Below are positions 48,045 to 61,341 of a DNA stretch of 64,000 nt, piece after piece; position 1 is the first letter of the stretch; the number at the start of each line of letters is the position of its first letter. The notes under the pieces were generated by a model. That model had not been told where the DNA came from, did no database searches, and was given only the letters and a program-made list of their open reading frames with translations. This stretch comes from Podarcis gaigeae (taxonomy: Eukaryota). The stretch is taken from assembly GCA_964106915.2 (NCBI GenBank), contig OZ066918.1. One strand, given 5' to 3'. A program made the position numbers and the translations under genes.

Positions 48045-49372
48045 CTGAGGAGAAAAACAAGAGAGGAAGCTATTAGACAATCTGTTTTAGGATACATCTA
48101 ACCATGTCCACTTGATTTGACAGATAAACATGTTTATAAGTTCATGAATTTTACCGAGATGACTTGACTGTGAAGACTGTGGGACTCATCCTTGCCTGTT
48201 TTCAGTGTGAGAGACACTACCGCATGACAAAGGTGGGTGAATCGGTGCCCTCTGCTTTATCTATGGCATTTTAAATCTGGCTCAAGTGTTCAGTCATCCA
48301 TGATTTGTATTAATTTTAGAAAAAAACATATTGCGCCAACTTTTTAAAGGTAACCATTTCATTGAGTCTTGAGCTTTGAAAACCTATTTCTTCAGATATG
48401 GTGGAAGGATACATGCATTATGTGACTATTAGACATAGGCAGATTGTATTGATCACTCACTGGTTTCTCTAGATTTTCATGTCTGTTTTGCATTCATTCC
48501 TTTATTATTTATGTAGAAGTGGCCCTGTTTGGTTTTTATAAAATGGCAGTGGGAATCATTGTGAGGTGATGTATCTTTATTATATGAAATTGAGGATGAA
48601 TGAACTCTTCATAGTATGACTAATGATGTTTTCCAGATATAATTTTCGGAGTAGATGAATGGAGAAAACTGGCCCTGGGTTTCTTACAGATAACTCTTCC
48701 TCCTAAGGTCTACATGAGAGTACTATGTTGGTTTAGAATTCTGGATTTGGGACCAGAGAAAGCTGATTCATTATATGACTGTGTTAACTGTAACAGTAAT
48801 TATGCATGAAATCTTGACACTCTGAAATGGCATCTATAGAAAAGTTTTTGTTATTGCAACAGTAAGGAGATTAATTTTCTATACAATGGTAAATCATATT
48901 GATAATGAACTACAGCTCCTGGCTGATAAAGATATACGAATTATTTAGGACCAAATATTGATCTGGATCCAAAGAACGGCGTTGTTCCATGTGCCCCAAA
49001 AAAGATTCATGCTTTTAGAACGGCGCCCCCATCCACCCATATATATTCCATGTAGCAAATTTCCTTTGCAAGTAGGTTTTATATGCAGTTTGCAATATGG
49101 CACGGAGCTCTGCCATTCAAAAGAAAAAAGCTAAAAATTCCCTGGGCAAACACTCAGGAAAAATTGTTTTCCTGTACAAGCTGAAAAACTCTGAAGTTGA
49201 TTCAACAGTACACACATATTTCACATTACTACCAGAATTGGACAAGGCTGAACAGAGCAATGATTGAAAATATATATAATTTTAAATGCAGACGTCATTC
49301 ATGCTTTAGAATGAAAAGGCTGAGTTTCATAATCTTTCTGATAATTCAAAACAGGTTAATATCAAGACTAAC

Positions 49373-49430
49373 CTGTTTGGGTGTATCAGCATGCAAGGTG
49401 TGAGCAGACATTCTAGTTTTACTATGCCTC
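49373..49430 (-). CDS. FARP2: FARP2 exon 12
   Basis: ttacag|G AGG CAT ... AAA CAG|gttagt; RHSKTRMSAHTLHADTPKQ. Confidence 0.92.
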
Positions 49431-50323
49431 CTGTAAAGAAAGAATATGCTGTGATATCCTGATCACTTCATTAGCTATATACAGAAAGCACACGGGGGGG
49501 CCTACAGTAAGAAGCTATTCCTGAAGAATAACCTACTTCATAAGGCTGTTAGGTGTGAAAAAGATCAATAGTAATAAATCAACGAGCCTCAGAATTTTGT
49601 CATTCATGGATAATTGTATCTGTTAGACACAGTGACTGCAAATTATAATTTTAACTAGAGAGAGAGCAAAAATGTATTTCCATATTCTGTAAGTTTCAAC
49701 ACAAATATCTAAAATACAAATCCAGGATAGGACACATTTTTAACATTCAAAAAAATGCTTAAAATGTTTATTCATGTGGTCCAGATGCTCAAGATCTGGT
49801 ACACCTCTCCAAACTCTCAATAGCCAATTTTGGGGTGTGCAGGGGGCTGCAGAATGGAAGAAGAATGACCAGAAATCATCTCCCTCCCTGTTCTGCTGAC
49901 GGATGCTTTTTTGTCAGCAAAAGGGAAGCTCTGGATACCATCCGGTAAGTATAACAATGAGCAAATGCAAGATGGTTTACAACATTGGAACAAAAAAAAG
50001 ACGACATGTCTCCAGTTGGCACTATGTGAAGGAAAGTGAAGTTTAAGCCAACATATTTTCATGCCATTCAATCAAATCACTTTTCTGAATTTGAAACATG
50101 TTAAATGGTTTGTCAATTTCAGCTCCATCCTACGCAACATAATTCCCAGTGTCAAGTATCTAAGCATTTTAATTAATTAAATTTGAAATATAAAAATGTC
50201 AAATAATACTTTAACAGTTTACAATCTCTAGGAAAAAATGCCTTTCATTATTGTAGACTAGACTAAGGAAGTTACAAAATAAGAACATCAAAGACTCTTT
50301 GCTTATATAAAAGAGCTTGTTAC

Positions 50324-50392
50324 CTTTCATATGGGATTTTTTTCAACCCACTTTCTTTAACATAATCCACCAATTGTTTCTGTGTACGCCCA
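50324..50392 (-). CDS. FARP2: FARP2 exon 11 (FA domain)
   Basis: tcacag|T GGG CGT ... GAA AG|gtaaca; GRTQKQLVDYVKESGLKKIPYE. Confidence 0.95.
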
Positions 50393-50567
50393 CTGTGAAG
50401 AAATAAATGTGAATGTTACAAAAAAATCTCCAGGAAAAGTACATAACATTCTGGGCTTCTTGTACTCAAGAAATAAAGATCCTAAACCTTTAATTTAAAA
50501 GGAATTACTTTCAAAGTTTTTCTTAGTTCCATTTTCTTGGATCAAAATGAACTGGGTTATATCATAC

Positions 50568-50731
50568 CTGTATCTGAAAGATGACCCTCTGCTGAAAAAG
50601 ACTGCTTTTGACTTTGGTTTTGGCTGATCAAACAGCCTGAAGAAAGTGTGATATTCAACACATATTTTCCAGAAGTTCTTGCACTCATCTCTACTTCCCA
50701 AAAGAAACTCCAGAGTGTCTTGATATGGACC
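50568..50731 (-). CDS. FARP2: FARP2 exon 10 (FERM-C / FA)
   Basis: ttctag|GGT CCA TAT ... TAC AG|gtatga; [54 protein letters not shown]. Confidence 0.96.
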
Positions 50732-51337
50732 CTAGAAATGAAACACAATGGGACTTTATCATGCTACCTCTACTCATTTAAGGTTACAATGAGAAAATAT
50801 TTAATAAAACTTTATTCAACAAAAATAGATGATAGAAGTGAAGAGAAAAACAAAAAATAACAACAAATAATATATATTCGAGACAAGGAGCTTTTGATAA
50901 TAAAGTCAAAAGAAAAAGAAAAAATCAGGAGTGAATATAATGGATTTGATTATAAAATTGTAAATGGGGTAGAAAAACATATTTTTTAATATCATGGTTC
51001 AATGTAGGTCTCAAGAACATGCTCTAGAGCAGTGGTTCCCAACTTTTACAAGTGTGAAGACCCCTTTTTAACTTTTCCCCCCCTCAGATGCCCACATGGG
51101 CTCCTTTGAAAGACAAGTCAGAATATAAATAAACTTAAATAATAAATAAATTTTAGAAACACAAGAGAAATTCAGACTTTAATGAAATATGGGTTTTACT
51201 AACATGCTTTTATCGTAGTGCTATTACCTGTGAACCATGTATTCAGGCATTAACAGTACTGAATACTGCATGAACGTCATTTCATATTTAAGGCATGCTT
51301 GAAAATGTAGAAGTGACATTATCATGGAAGTACTTAC

Positions 51338-51433
51338 ATGAACTTCTGGATGAAGCTTGATAAGGAATCGTTTTCTTTTGAAGCTTATTTTTCGGACTTT
51401 GGACCAGTTGAAAGTATTGATTTTTGTATTACC
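51338..51433 (-). CDS. FARP2: FARP2 exon 9 (FERM-C)
   Basis: acacag|GGT AAT ACA ... GTT CAT|gtaagt; [32 protein letters not shown]. Confidence 0.96.
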
Positions 51434-52116
51434 CTGTGTTCAATTCAATATAAAATAACTGAGGTATATTATACACAGGATTTAAACAGAACATAAGTTA
51501 TAGACTTATACTGTCAAACCTTTTTTCTATCTAAATCATATCGTCTGGATCAGATAACTGATAATTTAAAACAACAAGACTGTTAAAAGAACCTCTAGTC
51601 CTGAAAGCAGCCCTCCCTGACCTTGCTACTCTGGCCTTTGACATTTGAGATATGTCTTTTCAGGATCCACACTATTCCTGTGATTGCAACCTGTTCTAAT
51701 TATTTTTAATTCTGAAAGTTAACTTGTTGTAACCCACCCTAGGACCTGCTGGTGAAAGGAGGTAACAGATTTATTACAACTACTACTACATTTGACTACA
51801 ACTCCCATCAGCCCAAGCCAGCGTAATGAAGGCAGTATTACAAAAGCCCCCATTAGTCTCAAAGAAGAAGCTGCTGCAATGGTGCCCTACTAATCCCATC
51901 TGGGTTTGATGAAGAGCGCTGCTGCCACAAAGGCATCTGCAAACATCACATTATCTATTGGGACTGCAAAGACTGTTGTAGCAAGGATGTGGTAGCCATT
52001 CATTCAGAATCAATTGCTACATGCTCTAAAGCAGGCATATGAGTCTATCCTCTGAGTTTAAAGTCTTCTGTCTGCATAACTACAAAATGTTTCTCACGTT
52101 AAATCTGTTTTCCTAC

Positions 52117-52264
52117 CTGGAATACCAGTACACCCATGTTTGATACAGCCAAATTAATTTTTGTTCCCTCACGGTCAGATGCCAGATGAAATCTCATGCC
52201 ATACATCTCCAACTTCCGAGCTATTTCAAGCACCTGGAAATCTGATTCAGCTGGAGTTTGGCCC
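52117..52264 (-). CDS. FARP2: FARP2 exon 8 (FERM)
   Basis: acacag|G GGC CAA ... TTC CAG|gtagga; [49 protein letters not shown]. Confidence 0.96.
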
Positions 52265-55200
52265 CTGTGTTACCAAAATTGAAAATATTATTAATTAGTT
52301 ATAACACTATCCAAAGCTATGAAACAGGAAAAAAGACTCCAACATAGTTCAACAAGTTTAATGAGATCATATCCATATTAGTAAGCAGTCACTAAGCTTC
52401 AGAGTTATTCAGGTTTACTGTGCCAAAAGAGAAAAACCAACTAGCATAAAAATATGTTACAAATGGAAGAACACATGGCAATCTAGTTGAAGTCATAATC
52501 AAACTCAGAGACATTTAATTATTCTTTAAAACAAGTGTATCCTTAATATGCCCTGTATTTCATAATTTTAAATGCAAAATGCTACGTATTCCATAATTTT
52601 GTAAAAGATATGCCAACATCTACTCTCTCTTTGTTTGAAAACATGAGAGCAAGTCATTAAGCAGGCAAGCTCAATTGGACCAAACAGCTTTGCAACATTC
52701 AAGACAGATGCCCTACAATAGCATCAGTTGACTATGTTTTTGTATATAGACAACCGGCTACTGGTGGTTCTCACACCCACCCATTATCTGCAGTTGATAG
52801 GTGTCAATCCTTAACAGTTGTGCTTAAGTCTGCCTTCTGAATGAGAATGATTGTATTATCCTAGTACAAGGGAAGATCCCCATTATGAATTTAAAGAATA
52901 TCTAACACACATTCAAAGTGCATGATTTCATCGAAAGAATCCTGGGAACTGTAGTTTCCCCTCACATAGCTACAATTCCCAGCACCTTTAACAAACTTTG
53001 ATTCCCAGGATTCTTTGGGGGACATGATATGCTTTAAATGTGCACTGATTGTGTTTTAAATGTATGGTGTGGATGTGCCACAGTTGTGTGCAAGTGGTGT
53101 TAGGACCCTCGGCAACATGCTAGGTCAATTCACTAACATCTTGGGTAGTAGCAGTCCTGAAAATGTAATCAGTCCTCCCAAGCTGTGGTTCCTCTGCCTA
53201 TTTGGGGATCAACAGTCACGACTGTTACAGATTGCTTGTTGCCTTCTACTCCCTGTATCTCTTCCATCACACAAAAGTGGAGAAGGGGGCGTGTAAGCCA
53301 CAGGCTCATGCACACAGATTATAGAGATATTTATTACAGATTAAAATGGTGAACATTTCTATGCTATTCTAGTGACCAGAAGAATTCCCTGAATAAATGT
53401 TTGCCTAAAAAAACTGATCAACGTTCTTAAATAACCTCTTCCACCTACAGAAGATACTGTATTTCCGAAGTGAGAAAAACCAGTAATTATGCCAAGTGAT
53501 TTACTGTATGCAAGCAAATGTTTACAAGGGTAAAGCACAGTGAGTAATTATCTTCAGATGTTTTCAGTCGACTAAGCCTCACAGACTGGCCTGAAAACAA
53601 TCTGGTCTAATTTTGTTATCTGCTAAGCAGATCAATCCGCTTAGCCATCCTACAACCAGTGAACAGCCAATCTACAGAATTTTCTCAACAATAAATATAT
53701 TCCTGCAGTTGTTTCTAGGATTTTTTGTTTTTGTTTTTTTTAAAAAGTTCTGACCTTGCATGGACAATAAATATTTCAACGTTATTGCAATATTCACCAA
53801 TAAATTAGGGTCAAACTGACATAAATGTGGTAAGATACTGTACAGTACTTTGAAAAGGCCATTAGGCAGTGTTAATTGGCAAATTCTGCTGCTTTTAACT
53901 TGGATAACTTTACATTAATTTGTAAACTGCATAAGTGAACAAAGTATAATTGCTACATTGGCATTTATAAGGCCCAAGCAAGATTGAAAAACATAGTTCC
54001 AATCATATACTTGCCAATGGCAGGCGAAATAGTGATAGAGTAGAGAACACTTTCAGAGAATTGGTAGAATGGAGGGGTAGTTAACCCTTCACATGTACAC
54101 TAATTATATGTTGCAAATGCTGTCTCACTGGGTTACTTTCCCCTTAGTTAGGACTCATTTATGGTTTTGAAGCCTAGCCTTGTGGGGGATTTAATATCCA
54201 GTTTGTAGGAAAGAATCAACACACAGAGAACGCCACACACCTGCTGATTGCTCAACCTTTGCATTAGCACTGTAAGAGGAACATGAAGTTGGAAGCCTCC
54301 TGTTTACACAGAGAATTTTGCTGTGCTGTGTCCACAATAAAATATATTTTATGTTAAGCACAGAGAACAAAATACATTAAATTGCACTGATAATTGGATT
54401 AGGGTTTGTTTTCAATGACCATTATGATAATGTAGCAGCCTCATACCCATTGTTTGGGAAATCTAAGAAACAAAAAAAATCATTGCAGTTTTGAAATATG
54501 TGTTTAAAATCAGTGCTATTTTGAAAGGTTTATTCCACCATCTTGATTCAAAATGATATCCTATTAAAGGAGAAAACATTGAGGAAAACATTATGCTTAA
54601 ACCCTATGAAATCGGTTCTTCTTAAATTTCATTTCTATTCAAGAATGCTTCAAATACCATTGTAATAAAAGAGCAGATTAAATTATTATGTGGTCAGTTT
54701 CAGAGTCACACATCTAATAGACTATACTGTACAATAAGGAAGAGTATTAAATAAATGCAACGATTCTATCCATCTAAATCATTCTCTGAGTAGACCCACT
54801 GAAAATCAATGGACCAACACCAAACTCCTACTTTGAGGGAAAGCTGCCCAGCTTATAGTCTTAACTTACAACTTCTGCTGCAAACCTATTCAGTGGAGTG
54901 AGATATATTTCACCTTTGGGATAAGACTCCACCCTGGAAAGTCTACCTGCCAATCAAGCATATACTGTACTGATTTGCTAGCACTTCCCCTTTCTGTTTC
55001 TGTACTCAAAAGCCCCATGGAGTATGTATTGGACAACCTCACATTTACATTACTTTTTAAAAATAGAACTTAGAAACAAGGTTTTCAAAAGAAAAGTGAG
55101 GCGAAGACTTCTGTCTTTTCCTTGATTTTGTCACTGTCTAAGCAATCAAAAGAATTTAAGATGTTTGTTTGCACTGAGCATGAACATGGTCAGAAATGTG

Positions 55201-55519
55201 GAACCTCTAAAAGCAACATTTTTAAAGATTTGTAGTCCTGACATTTGTCAATGGATTCTTCTCAAATTTGGGCATATTATACCACTCTGCAAGTAAATTA
55301 TAAGACTCAAATTTCATGCCACAGACAAATTTTCTTGCTTTGAGGACCAACAGGTCACCTAGCCAACACAACTAAATTCTCCTTCTAGCATTACTACGAA
55401 GGTATAGGTGAAATAACTTATGGTTAATGAGAGATATAGACAATCTTATTTTGTTATCAATAACAGCAACAAATAGTGCTATGTTGAATACCAGAAATTA
55501 AACATTCATTTACACTTAC

Positions 55520-55634
55520 ATGTGCTTCTTGTGAAATTCAAGTATTTTTCCTTGCAGTCTTTCTTGGTTTGGAAAGTACCGGTTGTTTTTAAGATGCTCT
55601 CGGTCCCCAGATTCATCAAAATCTCCTAACTCAG
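55520..55634 (-). CDS. FARP2: FARP2 exon 7 (FERM-M)
   Basis: tcacag|CT GAG TTA ... CAC AT|gtaagt; ELGDFDESGDREHLKNNRYFPNQERLQGKILEFHKKH. Confidence 0.95.
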
Positions 55635-56409
55635 CTGTGATAGAAGAGAAAAATATATTTGAAAGAAAATATTGCTTCACTATTGCAAATGTTCCCTAAA
55701 GTTAGCAAATGGATCCTTGAAGGTATCTTCATCTTACAATAACCATTGGTTCTCAATAGTATATATGGGATACAAATGACGAGATTTGGTACCCCTTTAT
55801 AAAGTTTTCAAATGATCACCCTGATGACTGGCACCCACCAGATTCACAAAATGGACTTTGGTAAGACCTAATAGACGGATCTGTTTCATGAGGGGAGGGG
55901 TGTTGAGAAAAGGGAAAATTCAGTGTTCCTGTGCTATCAGAATCAACATATGTGTGAGTAGTTAAGTTCCCAAGGAGATTCAACATAGGCACATTTAACG
56001 TTTTTAAAAAACTAAACTTCTAAAAGCAAGCTGATAAGACAGAAAAGGGGAACATTATTCAGAATGTATGAAGACTTACTGAAAGCATGATAACAGATAT
56101 TGAAACAGAATGTATGCCTCCTATGTTTCCCCCCTCTTTGTAAATGTTATTTATATCAGATTCAAAAGAGCCCAAGAAAGTCCAAGTAGATGCTTGCATT
56201 TAATGAGCAACACAAGTGCAAATCAATTATGTTAATAAAAAATGGCTTCTGGAAGCAACTATAACAGAAGCAGGAAATTAACCAGGGAAACTGTTGTAAC
56301 TGCTGGATGACAAAGAAGCAAAATAATTACTGATGAAGGAAACTGTAGAGAAGCTGAATGGATTCTTTGCATCTGTGTGCACAATATATAAGTGACATTA
56401 GATACTAAC

Positions 56410-56507
56410 ACTGCAGAAGGTGAGAGATGAGGAGTGCTGCTGTATTGTCGTTGCAGGTAAGGCGTTCCTCAGCTAGATCTCTCTTGATTTGCAATGCAAA
56501 TAGATAC
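56410..56507 (-). CDS. FARP2: FARP2 exon 6 (FERM-M)
   Basis: ctttag|G TAT CTA ... CAG T|gttagt; [32 protein letters not shown]. Confidence 0.95.
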
Positions 56508-57973
56508 CTAAAGGGGGGGGAAATCAATAGTATCATATTTTGTCCATTTTACTAGTTGTTTAGCAGCAGGAAATGAAAAATGGCCCATGCAGGAGTACTA
56601 CAGGCCAGTTAGTAGCTGCATATATGCACAATGCTGACATTGAAGGCAATGTCTGTGTGATAACTAAGAGTAGTAATATAGCATTGTCTCCTCCCCCCTC
56701 ATACCTCCAACCTGCTTAGTGACAGCCATTTACTACTACCACATCAGATCACCAGCTGTTGCTAGCCAAGATTTATGCTGTCACCAAGCAACATACAACT
56801 GCACTACCTCTAAGACTGGCTGGCTTAGTATCAAATGTGGCTAAGGCTTGTTCAAATGTGAGGTTCAGCTATAGCTCTTGCTACCGTCACAACTCTCTCT
56901 ACCTACTAGCTTCCCTGTGACTGACTCATGTCCTGAAGAAGCCCCCCCCCCCAAAAAAAAGCTTTCTAGTTAAGCAACATATTTAAGTTTTTCAAAGTCT
57001 GTTTTAATAATTTTGTAATGCTATTATTTCTTCAGGTACAAACCTCCACAGAGCATGATAGAACATGCATCCTCACCCATTTCCTATGACTTAGGAGAAA
57101 CTATGAAATATATACTTTTTCAAATATAGCAACATATCCAGTATACCCTGCAGCAATCAACGGCAGTCATTTAGGAAAGGAGTGCAAACAACAGAAAACG
57201 GCACCACGTAGTTTTAGCAGAAACTCAAAAATCACAACTGAACAGAAAAACTGACAAGCACAGAATCACTGATGGAAAGGTATGTAGGTGGGCTGAAGTA
57301 GACAATATAGGAAACACAAATGGCACCATTTGGCAGAAAAACAGGTATGTAAGGGCTGGAGTTGAGTAGATCTGCAAGAGGAAGACTTCAATGAGACTCA
57401 TTAAGAACACAGGAGACACCATTCATATGTACTTTCAACTGAAAGCATGGACACAAGAGAACACAATCAAATGGCACAGCAAGTTGGGAACAGAATGAGA
57501 AATATCAGATAAACAATCCTGAAATTCATAACATCCAAAGGCAACTAACAGAAATATGAGTTGCTACCCTGAAGAACCAGTACAAGTATTTGTAAACTAC
57601 CATACCAGTGTAATCTTATAAATGTTTATTCAGAAGTAGTCCTGTTGTGTTTAATGGGCTTTACTCCGATGTAAATATGCACAGGTCAGGATAACAGCCT
57701 GAAACCACTGCACCAAGCAGCCAAACAAGTTCTTTATCTCAATTTTTAAACATGGACATTTTGAACACATCCTTGGCTCTACACAGCTGTACACAGCTGA
57801 AGCAGCATCACTGCCACTTGATTAGATCAGGTAAAACTTGCTGTCATTCAAGGCCACACACACACATATCAACTCTGGCAGTGAATTCACAGGTCCTTTG
57901 AGTTAATTCATTAATCCTTCTTTCCTATTTCCATTGTAAATTTTTGTGGAATTAATAGTGCCCCATTGTTTAC

Positions 57974-58052
57974 CTGGTGTACTCCTCTTGCAGCTGACCA
58001 GGGTCAGGAGGGAAGAACTTTACTGCTAGACGAAGCAATGCATTCTTTGGTC
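57974..58052 (-). CDS. FARP2: FARP2 exon 5 (FERM)
   Basis: ttttag|GA CCA AAG ... ACC AG|gtaaac; PKNALLRLAVKFFPPDPGQLQEEYT. Confidence 0.95.
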
Positions 58053-59290
58053 CTAAAATAAAACCAATGCATTCTATTAACTTTTACCTTTATAGTTGAA
58101 ACACTGAATCTGAATACCAATTGCCAACTCTCAAACATGAGCTAATAGGAATTAGGTATTTATTGAATGGATCATGAACATTTCAACTTAAATGCAGTAA
58201 CTCTGAAGTATACCAACATAATTCTGAAACATGGTTGCAATATACACCCTAAGCAAGTGATCTGAAATACAGGAGAGGAACCTATATTAGCTAAAGTGCC
58301 AGTGGTAGGTAGCTGTTGAAAACTACTAAATGGTGGAAGGAAAGGGATTAAAGGGATTATTTCGAAACTGGGAGCCAAAATAATACAAGAACACCAAAGA
58401 ACAGTAAAATGGGATGAATGAATGTGGGAAGTTGGCATAATCAAAAACTGGAATAGGATCTCATGAAGCTCCTAAGGTGATCCAAATTCTAAGGAAGTTG
58501 CAGCCAGAAAACAAATGTTGACCTGTGGAACAGGTGAATACTCTGTTAATTAAAGCATTTTAAAATGTTTTGTTTACTTTTGTTGTATTTTTATTTTTGA
58601 TACAAGTCATTTTATTATTGAAACAGAAAGGCAGGATGAAATTAATTAACAAAACCTTCTAAAATCAAAGCATTTGAATTGCTGAATGAGCCAGTGGGAA
58701 TGTAATTTTGTAAAGCTGCTTTAAAAAAAACTTCATTTTTTGTGTTTTCCATATGAATATTCTCCAATTCCATTGCTTAAGTGAACCTGTGTGTCGTGCA
58801 AAACAGATTATCTTCATTTGCTTCAAATCTCTAGAACAGTCTTCCCCAACATAGTGTCCTTCATATGTCTTGGACGAATATTCCTATCATCTTCACCATT
58901 GACCATGATAGCTGGTAATAGCTGTAGCCCAAAACCTCTGTAGGGTACCAGGATGTGGAAAGTCAGGCAATCATATTCTGGCTTAATAAAGTAGCATAGG
59001 CATGAGCTGCATGCACCTTACCACAGTTAAAAGTATGCTCCAAAACCCTGGCTTATTGGGAGACATGAACCATAGTTCTCAGTTCAGACTTAACAGGAAG
59101 CTACAGTTAACTCTGGCTTCCTGGATGGTTTCACGCTTGCACAAAGAGGCAGCAAAGGGGCTGCATGTGGGTACACACAGCTCATAGATATCCTGCCTTA
59201 ATCTTCCAAATGTGGCCATGTTAAGAATAGCACCAAAAAGTTGCTAGAATTCTAGAAAGAAACACTAATAGAAATAGTATATATACTTAC

Positions 59291-59333
59291 TTCGTATTTG
59301 TTTAATTATAGGTTTCATAGGCTCAAGCCAAAT
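59291..59333 (-). CDS. FARP2: FARP2 exon 4 (FERM-N)
   Basis: gttcag|ATT TGG CTT ... CGA A|gtaagt; IWLEPMKPIIKQIR. Confidence 0.95.
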
Positions 59334-59929
59334 CTGAACAAGGAAAAAAGGGCTTAGGTAAGCAAACACTGCAGCAGTAAATAAAACCACACAGCTAAAA
59401 TAATTCTAGCACCTGTAAACCAATACTTCCCTACACCCCCATTTCAGTTAAACAAATGTTTTAGCTAAAGGAATAAACCTCAAAATGTCTATACATAGAT
59501 AGTGAAAAATATAGTGGAAAAGGTAGCAGAAGGAAAGAAGTTTCCTGAAGCAAATGAAGGGAAGGCACTGAGTTCTAGTTATGGCAGAGCACCTTTCGGA
59601 AGGATCACAGGAAAATTCATTTACACTAATGCTTGTGCAACAGAGTCCCTTGCCCAAGAAACTTATGGCAACTCTTTCTGGAGGTTTCAGTGAGGAGACT
59701 GAATGAAACTGCCCAAGATAATACAGCTAGAGGGCAAAGATTAGAATGAATGACTTGAAATTCCTTTCAAGTATATGAATGCATTTATTCATGCAAACTT
59801 CAAAAATAACGTCAAATATATTTTTTTATCCACTGAGAAAAAAACAGGGTTTTTTGCAAAAGGTCTAGATAGAACTCTACATCTAAATATGCAAATTCTG
59901 CCATCAAATGAAGTACATCAGGCAAGTGT

Positions 59930-60545
59930 TGTTTGAGTACACTGAATGTCTAGATTCAATTCAATCTGGGTTCAGGTCTGGTTTCATGATTGAATCAGTC
60001 TTTGTCACCCTCAGAAGAGGGACGGCGAAAATGCAACGCTGTTACGATTACTTGATCTCTCAATGGTTTTTGACCCCACTGACCATATCTTCCTACATCA
60101 ACTGTTCAGGATCAGTATAGGAGGCAATGTATTACAGTAGCACTGTTCCTACCTATGTGGGTAAGTTCAGAGTGTAACAGTGGGACAACAATGTTCTATG
60201 GCCTCCTGCACTTGTGTTATGTAATTCTGCAAGGCACAATTTGGTCCCCAGTGCTATTTAACATCTATAGCTACTACACCTTAACATCTGGATCTGGAAA
60301 GGCTGTGCAAGTCCTGGATCTATGCCTGAATGCAGTTGTGGACTGGATAAGGGCCAACAAACTGAGTTTGAAACCTGGTAAGAAAGAGGCTCTGTGGGTA
60401 GGTTCTTACATCCTGAAGATACTGCACTCCCTCTGAACAATCAGGTATGTAGTTTAGATAAACCTTTGTCATTAGAGGTCCAAGTGAATTCTGTGGCTAG
60501 CAGTGCCTTTCCCCAGTTATGGCAGTATATGGATTGGGATAGCCA
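59930..60545 (+). mobile_element. Degenerate L2-clade LINE reverse transcriptase fragment
   Basis: Broken frames: LDSIQSGFRSGF..ES, LQGTIWSPVLFNIY, CLNAVVDWIRANKLSLKPGKKEALWVG. Confidence 0.8.
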
Positions 60546-61236
60546 CTGTAGTCCATACAACTTCACCAACACACAACATGTGCAATGGTGCACTCCACCA
60601 CGTGTTTAGTTGACTTCACATCAAGCCTTATGCCATTTATGTCATAGGTATTGTCAGGCCTGTTTCATTGCTCAAGGTTATATTACTTGATCCCAGTCAT
60701 GGACTTTCTAAACAGTTTTGTTTGATCTACATTTTACTTTTATCCCTTGTAGCACAACATCTTGATTCTATGTCAAAAGATACAGCACAAACGCTACACA
60801 GTAGAAATGAGATTCCAATTTATACAGCACTCCATTTCAACTCTAAAAATGCTAATCAAGTGGTTTGGTGTCTTTTCTTGAAACACCGTTCTTTTTGAAT
60901 CATAGCAAAAACTAATAAAATTCATTGAAAAGGAACTAAACACTCAAATTAAGAGAGCTCCATAATAAGCAAAGTAGGTAGTGCTTGATTTAAAAATGGA
61001 AGGACCAAAAAAGAGCATTCAACACAACTGTGTAGGGTTATTATCTGAAACAACTGCAGCTGCATCACTATGGTGCAGCTTTGCTTACCTGTAATATAAT
61101 CCTCTTTCTCCTACATTAAAGGAATTTTTGTGCAAATTTAACCAGAGTAGAACTACCAAATGTCTTCCTTTAAAAACAAAGCTGAAAACACATCTATTTA
61201 AAGGTGTTTATATTCAGATAAAAATATATTACATAC

Positions 61237-61341
61237 CCAATATGACTGCATGTTCTGGAATTCAATTCCAAAGTAGTCCGATTCAACCAAATTCAACCGA
61301 TTAAATACTTCTGTCAGCAGTTTCTGGCCATAACATTTTGA
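61237..61341 (-). CDS. FARP2: FARP2 exon 3 (FERM-N)
   Basis: ttctag|TCA AAA TGT ... TAT TGG|gtatgt; SKCYGQKLLTEVFNRLNLVESDYFGIEFQNMQSYW. Confidence 0.94.

Larger units (their letters stand above)
17524..61341 (-). other. FARP2: FARP2 gene span, coding exons 3-27 (FERM, FA, DH, PH1, PH2); 5' partial
   Basis: 25 GT-AG exons on the - strand join in a continuous frame with FERM, DH and two PH domain sequences; adjacency to STK25 matches human FARP2 synteny. Confidence 0.95.

Noticed and set aside
48045-48080. Start of the 419-aa ORF (MSNSFLSCFSPQ) as an independent single-exon gene
   Set aside because: It begins at a TTG within the polypyrimidine tract; the true entry is the splice acceptor at 48044, in frame with FARP2 exon 12
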